DNA of 64,000 nucleotides, from positions 32,001 through 96,000 of the IMG/VR virus record IMGVR_UViG_3300032401_001514; one strand, written 5' to 3'. The notes under the pieces were generated by a model, which saw only the letters and a program-made list of their open reading frames with translations, had not been told where the DNA came from and did not search any database. This stretch comes from a virus. A program made the translations under genes and the position numbers. This document shows, one piece after another, positions 58,001-64,000 of this stretch (the stretch's first letter is position 1; each line of letters opens with the position of its first letter).

Positions 58001-58708
58001 AAATGTGCCAGCAATAGTTCCAGCAAACAATTTCTCTTTAATTACATCTGTTCTTAACAAAGTAATAGGGTCTTTAGGAAAGCTGGTATAACTAAAACTT
58101 GTACTTAAATTAGTAGCAGTTCTATTTCTTCCAACGCGATCTACTTGATACGCGCCCTCTTCATTTAATCTATCATACGGTCCCAAACCTCTAGTTTTTT
58201 TCTCATCCTGTATTAAAATTTCTAAATAATTATCACTTAATGATTGACCAATATCATGTAAAGCTTTGCCGATATATTTAGATTGTAAATTAACAATATC
58301 TCTAGCAATGGTATTATTATCAAGACTTAATATGCTTTGTTTATCTAAATAACTTAATAAAATATCTCTTGTTATATCTGCTGGATCTTCCGGCCCCAAT
58401 AATAAAGAAACGTTTGTATTGCCGTCTTCAAGAAGAAATGATTGACCATTTTGTGATTTAAATCTGCTGGTTTGTGAAGATTTGAAAGTAACAAAATATG
58501 CAGCGTTCGGCGTCATTGGTCGAACGATAACATTCATAATATCATTTGATATTGTTACTTTTAAAACTTCAGCATCAGGAACGCCAGGAACGTTTGATAC
58601 AACGGTGACATTCGTTGCATTTAACAACGAATCTAATGTGCCAGTAAATTGAGCACGAATAAGCTGGCTATCCGATGCTTTTATTCTGACCAATCTTAAG
58701 TTAGCCAT
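52004..58708 (-). CDS. Giant baseplate wedge-like protein with LamG/ConA-like domains
   Basis: RENYRDAL..GPT..AI wedge-like segment; EGTWEAWV/EGTIEFWV, WHRI, LFIDG/MFVDG, IDEVRI/FDNLKI LamG-like motifs. Confidence 0.7.
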   Translation of the reverse strand: MANLRLVRIKASDSQLIRAQFTGTLDSLLNATNVTVVSNVPGVPDAEVLKVTISNDIMNVIVRPMTPNAAYFVTFKSSQTSRFKSQNGQSFLLEDGNTNVSLLLGPEDPADITRDILLSYLDKQSILSLDNNTIARDIVNLQSKYIGKALHDIGQSLSDNYLEILIQDEKKTRGLGPYDRLNEEGAYQVDRVGRNRTATNLSTSFSYTSFPKDPITLLRTDVIKEKLFAGTIAGTFDNLILTVKHGPVTKLNKAILYFESGGSFEYDLSTLGYQIKNPNYDTNVASALFTLQDNQFNLNSAVLDNPDLPVPQSGDTLVVDYEYKSLGRIIDPNSVLVSQVLEATREAVPPILNRFILKHAPVVTDSDQIPTSDGIEFLDPQANPPFSSVHPAFKHEIPFRLEGLPRVTGDYSVDYSKGEVYVYGATTNDGSGVFPPGATYNYRKSFSNRIDYTFDLDTDPIHNSTSTGSDLVANPLRELISQSVKVSFDFEQTLVPGVDFKSQIHQEELDERIENRLTSTASFLVKNSPITNVFRIFNETSGEVYALNRFSDNTVYFTANTSPRIIDKLQESIKFTEVSNETLLVDLEFINILSTRIYRLPLVNNKIISTTDDAIGSSFNSSVSFSRIDIFEKELYYDAQIFDVATNTDRLLVGQYQIDYRNGLIYVGVTSSQVLNVGTVNYAKPTISPENPHVISVSELFYSINAVAGSSKIMDFSSFGEGIITPNKFDISDERFLNDDVSLPYIVDNGQITVTNDIKRVRHIFDAFDLNNHADITDFAEGSTSSGNVITLDSTGVEKKELNTVITGPSIVVSFISTGAELSDVTNVIRTTDNVELWDSSGTFSGYTINLSGLGSPVPGDSVLVIYRMKLNGAATPVVDYNRGDYFVNYTYLADEILVSYEHGDNVLDFRESGALNEGEEYFVTYTIGAVRDSLLKNFGTLVDLPILNTFDTSLPRENYRDALQAALQSFTKGPTIPAITELVSRITHVDPEIIESVFDIWSLGISHLFQNAVDWTGDIALLPGKFDNGALIANPDETITFPISSNFKLEEGTWEAWVIPEWDGLDNDSTLTISLTKDGYVLPASSVFIGASSFNPIYDSNNSFSINRNDELSPLGLPSAIFTKTGVFIFYNTDTKHWEILAKDVPIVDGYAYRGEILTSGEFYDVGFKQNLGEPDDVLRTLNNKIQFTFNLNSNDADGYADGYDGYTDGYVPGFSFDGIIFMSDDKHYIFDFAKTNTTNRFSIFKDGKGYLNFQTFSKGNPTIPENPISSFKISSDISDWKSGQKHHIAASWRLSSVERRDEMHLFIDGFEVPNLLRYGGRPIATSTDRFRTISAEIVAGTVPLTTITNKDLNVTNGSSIVFSDSVNFQTSGILPGDTIDIIEIGFGSYNITAVNGYALTLNLPMPATLSNVRFSVNPYSVVVSSEINLSSNIAVSIISGLVETEIPGLRADIPSYSIGKNLYNQDVLTLLGNAIAGDQIVIRTLGLNHRRARSRQFVWGDTTSILRSQLPPPINLDEAKITAILLPSVVIGPGNAVIFGNTYTAAGLAPTQTSNSTEGRRLSVYMTGGNINFSTPATVTVFGTTFSGAVFEIFTFTASGAIIGVEKFKTITSATAVMEVFNPVKNSASIEIKEAYSITEPDGNNNFPIVRFSFKTAHGITLQGDGSAVITDSQRLFLDSDIGNKLAISSPALVVGTYNIVSRPDEHTLTISPAPGSAFTDGIYDIFDISLGRSGFQNGFFTFELAGSVDTDYPLKQGVYELDYSAHLEIPFAPTNDLTAYVGSNFNGGEQAKAIIDEVRILSNMLTDVRVGEILPEGQDSITSDFTSLRPFDKNSKTLMLLHLDEFPFNNDSDYYISSTKEFIQSSDSVNETFNQSVVIMDKPLIYDNNGYLPTTSEGTIEFWVSPKFDTFNDPNVRVYFDAASSSVEKVTSITSGSVKTAGRISTVLAVRLQTDVDNSGVNYFAGGRIEDDFQTIKLGIALPYQQTPVKIIYITSGLVGNRITIFKDKNGFINFDVRIGDIDYKISQSIFWQRDTWHRIRVTYKFNRSDNKDELRMFVDGEENATVMFGAGLIFGSGAVFGMGRSGGISRIVADMNFTDPINQFFIGSDYLGAQPAQARFDNLKISDIALSPVIIAGQPKDVNYTSNISQARPAITDAFTTFLLDFDQLVTKNTDFAILRDDKFGIFNFTLNILDSFGIVLSNAKIEQVLRELISALKPAQSKVTINLIP

Positions 58709-58710
58709 TA

Positions 58711-61700
58711 TTAACGCTCTTCAATGTTTATAGTTACTACATTTGCTGTAATAAATTCGTTATCCTTGGCAGTAATACTTAATACAGAACCTGCCGTATT
58801 AGCATAATTAAAATATAGTATTATAGCTCTATCCACTCCGTTAACTGTATATGCAACATTTATTAAATCCGAAGAATCAATTGTAGTTCCTAAATTCTTA
58901 GCATTTAAAGCTGTTGTAACTGCGTCCTGTACATTTTGTTTAACTGTTGTTGTGTTGTTAATGAATTCTGTTGTAACAACAATATTCATAGTAACATCAA
59001 TCGGAATTGAAGTTGCTGCTTTAACCAAAACGTCAGCTGTTATAGGCCTTGAATTTTCAATATTTAATGTTGAATCAGATATTAATTTATTAAAATTATA
59101 TCTAATTATAATGCGCTCATTTGGTTTAGGCGCTAGATAATTATATGTCGTAGTATACCTAGCTCCAGTAATCGGTTGATTAGTATTTGTAATTGATAAT
59201 GTGGCGCTGGATGAAGATCCGGATGTAAACCCGCTAGATATGGATACAGTGTCAACAATTGCGAATATTTTATTTGTAAATAATGTTCCTCCACGACTGA
59301 AATAAACACTTTCGTTATCACTGTCAAATATAATATGAAAAGTCACTCTTATCTTTTGACCAACGGTAGGCAAATTGGCTTCATTGTCAGCGGTGCTTGG
59401 CAATATAACTTCAGTATATGTTAATGAAGAATCTGCTATTGATTCGTCTTTAACAAATGTATTCTCTCTAAGATGATAGCCTTTTATATCATACGTATGA
59501 TCAACGCTCAATACATCATTGTTAGATGTAGTAGTTACTCTTTCCATATTTATTATTCTGGCCAATTTCACATTACTTGGAACAGACTGATTGGAATTAA
59601 GTCCCAAAAATATTCGTATTGCTGAAGACAAATTTAATTTTAATCCTGAATTTGTCACTGAAAATACAATGTCAGAAGCGCGGCTGATTGTTATTCCGGA
59701 TATTGTTATGATGCCTGGTGAAATTGAGCCAGCAATACTTAATGCAAGCCTGCTGGGAGCTTGTCGTAAATTTTGAATTACTACGCCTGGAGATGAAAAT
59801 ATATGAGAAGTTGGTTGATTTCCAACACCTGTTGCATTGCTAGTATTAAATACATTGCCGGAACGAACTGCTGGTAAATTAGCAAGTGTCGTAGAAGGCA
59901 ATATAGCACTTACGTTTGCTATGTAATTTACTTCTACAATTGAACCAGCAGTAGCAATTGTTGATGGAACTATATTTATTATATTTTGATTAAAATTACC
60001 TTGGTAACCATCGGCGTTAAAAACATCAACGGCATTATATACTACACTTGTTGTGTCACCAAAAACTGCTACAGTGTCAGTTGGCAAGAATATTGTAAGC
60101 CCGCTAAATGAACCATCAAATTTGCTTGTATCATATAATTCTGCGCCATCAGATGTTCTAATTACACTTACAACGTTTGTGACCGGCTGTGTCACAATTA
60201 CAGACAATCTATTTTGGGTTAATGTTACTGAGCTATTATTTGTTGCAAAAACATTAACATCTACTACTGTGCTTATTGGATGTGTAACAGTAACTAATAA
60301 CGTTGATCCAGAGGCTATTAAAGTGGCAGTCTCTCTTCTTACATTATTGGAGAACCCCCAATCAACGCTATCTTTTACAGATCTGATATTCCTTCCATTC
60401 ATTCTATTATCAAAATCAAAGTCCGCATTATATTGGAAAACCCATGTGTAATCCACTTGTAAAATATCAGTGGCTGCTGGCAATGAATTTCCACTTATTA
60501 TTATTCTTCCGGTTGTATTTACTGTTCCACTGCCATCAGGGTTTTGACTTGTTACGACATATCGCTCGCCAGTCGTTGAATTAAAAACTCTAGTTACATT
60601 CTGTACAGGAGTGTGCGCCAATTGAATTGATGTGCGATCACTGCGGCTTATTTTGCTGTTTTCATTAACTACATTTATATTTTGAGTAACATTTGATATT
60701 TTCAAAACATCTGGGTAACTTAATGCATCTTGACCATTAAAAGTTAATTTAGTATTGTTTTCTTGAAGATCAGAAATTTGATTAGAAATAAAATGTAATT
60801 TATCAAAGCCCCATGGCGAGCCTGCAAACTCTCCAGTATCTCTTATTAATTGGTAATTACCGCTTTCTCTTCCTAATGAATCAACTGTTCTTTCAATAAA
60901 ATTTGAACCGCTAATAGAGCCGCTAATTTTAACAAGGTTATTGACTGGCTGTTCTGGCAAAATATCAGTTTTAAGATCATCTATACGTTTGCGTGTTACT
61001 GTTTTTCCGGCATCAGCATCAATTTGGCCCAATACAAAATCATTAAGATAGTTCGTAGGGTCGCCAGTATTGCTTAAATCTCTATAAATAAAGCTATCTA
61101 CTGTTTCTAATAATCTGGTGCCGAAAATATAAATATCTACTTTGCCACCAGTTCCTTCGGAAATAATTATTTCGTTACCATTTTCATCAGTAATAACCTG
61201 AGTGCCATCACGAGTCATTAAAATATCGCCAGGTTCAATTACAATGGCATCTAAAACAGCAGGATCTATGTTTACAGCATTTCTGTAACCCAAAGATGTA
61301 CCAGTATTAGCTCCGCTGAATATTCCTAAAATACGACCTCTAAAAGAGGCGTCATCTTCAGATTGACCTCCTCCTCCGAACGGCTGTACGTTTGTAATAT
61401 TCGAGACTCCTTGAATTTGTGTTCCGGATAATGAATATTTTGAGATGTTACCTTGCACTCCAGCCGCAGATGATTCTACCAATACTGATACTGCATATTG
61501 ATCTGAAATACCGACAAAATCTAAATCGGACCTATTTTGAGCAGCGATAGCTCTATACGAGTTAGCAAATACTGGATTAACCACGGTACCTGTTGAAACA
61601 ACGAATGAGGCTCCATTTCTAGCCGTCACTATACTTCCTTGATTAATTGGGATATCAGCCTCTAAAGAGGCAAATGTCAATAATGCTGGACCGCTGGATT

Positions 61701-61950
61701 TTGTTCCACGTTGTCTGATTGCCCCGAAGTTAGAACCCAATCTATCTAAATCAATACCAATGGCTAATCGCAAAGATTGTTTGCTAGAAACGCGCGCAAG
61801 CTCTTCATAAAGACGGCTTAATTGAATTGATGGACCATCAATAACCAAATCTCTTGAAACTGTTCCAGGCTTAGTATCTAGATTCGGTTGAGCCGTTCTT
61901 AAATACTCAAGAAGGCTTAATACTATCTCGTTATGAGTGCGAATACGCAT
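58711..61950 (-). CDS. Extended baseplate J-like protein
   Basis: PGTVSRDL, LDRLGSNFG..R..GT.S.G, EDDASFRGRI, GT..G, C-terminal VNGVD; ~700-aa internal insertion of beta repeats. Confidence 0.85.
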   Translation of the reverse strand: MRIRTHNEIVLSLLEYLRTAQPNLDTKPGTVSRDLVIDGPSIQLSRLYEELARVSSKQSLRLAIGIDLDRLGSNFGAIRQRGTKSSGPALLTFASLEADIPINQGSIVTARNGASFVVSTGTVVNPVFANSYRAIAAQNRSDLDFVGISDQYAVSVLVESSAAGVQGNISKYSLSGTQIQGVSNITNVQPFGGGGQSEDDASFRGRILGIFSGANTGTSLGYRNAVNIDPAVLDAIVIEPGDILMTRDGTQVITDENGNEIIISEGTGGKVDIYIFGTRLLETVDSFIYRDLSNTGDPTNYLNDFVLGQIDADAGKTVTRKRIDDLKTDILPEQPVNNLVKISGSISGSNFIERTVDSLGRESGNYQLIRDTGEFAGSPWGFDKLHFISNQISDLQENNTKLTFNGQDALSYPDVLKISNVTQNINVVNENSKISRSDRTSIQLAHTPVQNVTRVFNSTTGERYVVTSQNPDGSGTVNTTGRIIISGNSLPAATDILQVDYTWVFQYNADFDFDNRMNGRNIRSVKDSVDWGFSNNVRRETATLIASGSTLLVTVTHPISTVVDVNVFATNNSSVTLTQNRLSVIVTQPVTNVVSVIRTSDGAELYDTSKFDGSFSGLTIFLPTDTVAVFGDTTSVVYNAVDVFNADGYQGNFNQNIINIVPSTIATAGSIVEVNYIANVSAILPSTTLANLPAVRSGNVFNTSNATGVGNQPTSHIFSSPGVVIQNLRQAPSRLALSIAGSISPGIITISGITISRASDIVFSVTNSGLKLNLSSAIRIFLGLNSNQSVPSNVKLARIINMERVTTTSNNDVLSVDHTYDIKGYHLRENTFVKDESIADSSLTYTEVILPSTADNEANLPTVGQKIRVTFHIIFDSDNESVYFSRGGTLFTNKIFAIVDTVSISSGFTSGSSSSATLSITNTNQPITGARYTTTYNYLAPKPNERIIIRYNFNKLISDSTLNIENSRPITADVLVKAATSIPIDVTMNIVVTTEFINNTTTVKQNVQDAVTTALNAKNLGTTIDSSDLINVAYTVNGVDRAIILYFNYANTAGSVLSITAKDNEFITANVVTINIEER

Positions 61951-61960
61951 TTATTTATAC

Positions 61961-62392
61961 CTATAAATTATTTACCGAAAATGAAGTTCTTACAGTTGAT
62001 AAGCCTTTTGTTAATACTGCCACAAAAACAGAAAACATTGTTGGATCTACCGGGTTTCTATTTACATCAACGCTTCTGATTGCTGCCAACAATTCATTTG
62101 GAGTAACTTTTTGAACTGCTGTTTGGGCCTTTTGAAGATTTTGCATTGTTTCTAACGCGCTATTTATTTGACTACTAGCTATTTTTATTAAAAATTCCTC
62201 TTCAAATACATTACCAACCAACGTGTTAGAAATTAATGATCCGTACCAAGTATGAAAAGGATTGCCGCCAAGTGGTGTTAATAAAATTTTAAGAACATCT
62301 TGAATTAATTTATCGGTATCTTCCACGCGATCAAAATCTGCATCGGAGCCTATTGCTAAATCGCCTTGTGATATTCTTAAATCAAATGACAT
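61961..62392 (-). CDS. gp25/GPW-like baseplate wedge protein
   Basis: QDVLKILLTPLG.NPFH.WYGS motif; start at ATG 62392, one base after the upstream stop. Confidence 0.8.
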   Translation of the reverse strand: MSFDLRISQGDLAIGSDADFDRVEDTDKLIQDVLKILLTPLGGNPFHTWYGSLISNTLVGNVFEEEFLIKIASSQINSALETMQNLQKAQTAVQKVTPNELLAAIRSVDVNRNPVDPTMFSVFVAVLTKGLSTVRTSFSVNNL

Positions 62393-62393
62393 G

Positions 62394-64000
62394 TTATCCC
62401 TGAGTTCCGTCGCCACCATCTGCTTGTGTAGGAGAATTCCTTTTTTGTGTCATAATCTTATCAGCAAATGATAGGATATTAAACAATTTATCTTGAAATT
62501 TTTGCAAAACCAATATGCCGTTTAATTTTTCACCGTTATTTCTACTTTCTACATCGGTGGTTCTAAGATCTGTATTAAAATCATATAAACGATTAAACGC
62601 TGAATCATCCAAAAAACCTATCAAAGTCTTTATATCTATGGCCCATAATGCAGTGTATATAGCCAAAACATCAATTAAACCAAGGCCACTAATTTCCCCT
62701 GTAATTTTTTCTATATCAGCTAAAATCTCTAACATTTTACTAGAATGAGAATCTCTGTCATTTTCTAATCTTTGTATTTCGGTATTATAATCTCTTTCAG
62801 CCGATGCTATTACAGGCACGGCAAATAATGAGCTTATGTCTGTATTGCCTCCGCCAATTGTTTGCGCAGTAACTTTATTTTTATATAATTGTAATTGTTG
62901 TTGTAATTTTAATCTAGCTATTTTTGTATTTAATAAAGAATTTTTCTGAACTGAATTTTCTTGACTTGAAAATGTTCTTATATACGCAGCTGTTTTTCCT
63001 GTTCCTAAAAATTCAGGACCTTCTATACTTGGTACCGGTTCCAAATCATATTCAGAATAAATCTTATTAAATTCTACAATATCTTCATCAAGTTTTTCAA
63101 CAACAGCTTTTATAGTTTTTACTAATGTTGTTAACATTACGGTTTGTGTAGTAGTAAATCCCTGAATGGTTTGTAAAACAACATTGTCATTAACATCATT
63201 TTGACCTACTAATGCTGATACGGTATCACGAATGGTTGTTGCTGACTCTGATTTAGTTGACGGATTTTTGTTAGATAATATATGTTGTGCTTCTTTTAAA
63301 AATTCGGAATCAATAGTAGTATCTGCCAATCTAATACGACAAATAAATTCAATAGCCGGTCGTTTTAATAATTTATCTTTTGATAAACTTGCGTCTTCCA
63401 TAGTTGGTAAAAATGGAACAGCAATCATATATTCGGCAGGATATATCGTATCATTAATCATCGGATCAACTATAAATGGTTTCAAAATATGATTGCCTTC
63501 AGAAAACTTATTAGCAATAGGGTTATTAAATGCTGTTTTTCTATCAGATATTTCGAAATTTTGAGGATCTATATCTAAAGGACCAAGGTTGAGATCCATT
63601 ACCATAAAAGGTTTAATAAATCTTAACGCTAATGCATAAACAGAAGAAGGAAAGTCTTGGTTAGCAAATACTAAACGCCGTTCCTCAACGATAGCTTCTC
63701 GTAACATCAATGCGGTTTGTAGTGGTGACAAAATTATATTGCTTTTTATATATATTTGCATTGTGCTTTCATTGTCTGGGTCAAATCCAGAATTGAAAAA
63801 ATTTCCAGTTTCATCCATAATTGGAAATCCTAACGTTCTTAAAAAAGCACTTATTCTGCTTTCTATTGCTCTATTTGTGTTTATATCAATTCCTGCAAAA
63901 TTATATTTTTTCTTTGAACCATCATTGCGAGTAACTTCAGTAGCAGCAATTGATGCTGGTTTAGACCTGCTACGAACAGCATCAATCGGTGTTAAATACT
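62394..64000 (-). CDS. Hypothetical (probably structural) protein, 5' end outside window
   Basis: The frame stays open from 63818 to the window edge (...YLTPIDAVRSRSKPAS...GFPIMDE). Confidence 0.75.
   Translation of the reverse strand, partial: YLTPIDAVRSRSKPASIAATEVTRNDGSKKKYNFAGIDINTNRAIESRISAFLRTLGFPIMDETGNFFNSGFDPDNESTMQIYIKSNIILSPLQTALMLREAIVEERRLVFANQDFPSSVYALALRFIKPFMVMDLNLGPLDIDPQNFEISDRKTAFNNPIANKFSEGNHILKPFIVDPMINDTIYPAEYMIAVPFLPTMEDASLSKDKLLKRPAIEFICRIRLADTTIDSEFLKEAQHILSNKNPSTKSESATTIRDTVSALVGQNDVNDNVVLQTIQGFTTTQTVMLTTLVKTIKAVVEKLDEDIVEFNKIYSEYDLEPVPSIEGPEFLGTGKTAAYIRTFSSQENSVQKNSLLNTKIARLKLQQQLQLYKNKVTAQTIGGGNTDISSLFAVPVIASAERDYNTEIQRLENDRDSHSSKMLEILADIEKITGEISGLGLIDVLAIYTALWAIDIKTLIGFLDDSAFNRLYDFNTDLRTTDVESRNNGEKLNGILVLQKFQDKLFNILSFADKIMTQKRNSPTQADGGDGTQG

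Noticed and set aside
1-64000. Alternative genetic code (stop-codon reassignment)
   Set aside because: Conserved proteins are full length under the standard code and coding density is already near complete

Overview
This window looks like 64 kb of a large, AT-rich (jumbo-type) contractile-tailed bacteriophage genome. Genes are densely packed and often coupled by ATGA overlaps, and all but one credible gene lie on the minus strand. In transcription order (right to left) it holds: (1) an oversized baseplate module (gp25-like, a 1079-aa baseplate J-like protein, a 2234-aa LamG-containing protein, and a 982-aa dockerin-containing protein); (2) a ~22-kb nucleotide-sugar and glycosyltransferase island (Gmd, Fcl, ColD, a second Fcl paralogue lacking both epimerase residues, C- and O-methyltransferases, GT2/GT4/GT11/GT6 and unclassified GT-like proteins, with no Wzx/Wzy or initiating transferase recognisable); (3) a replication and transcription block (tubulin/FtsZ-family protein, UvsW-like helicase, DnaC-like loader, DnaB, FmdB Zn-ribbon, sigma-70 factor, class II RNR NrdJ, methionine aminopeptidase, LAGLIDADG endonuclease); (4) after tandem terminators, two Gly-rich fibre-like proteins coupled to two GT4 enzymes; (5) accessory genes (deaminase, internally deleted GIY-YIG, FAD oxidoreductase, DEDDh exonuclease, HAD phosphatase). 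The best candidate for an undescribed system is a phage-encoded virion glycosylation pathway. It appears to make fucose plus a GDP-3,6-dideoxyhexose and an H/A blood-group-like epitope. The five large virion proteins carry a strongly enriched DGY tripeptide (hand count 20 in ~5,800 aa versus 2 in the other ~15,000 aa), which could be the modification sequon. All family calls come from motif recognition by eye; no database searches were run.
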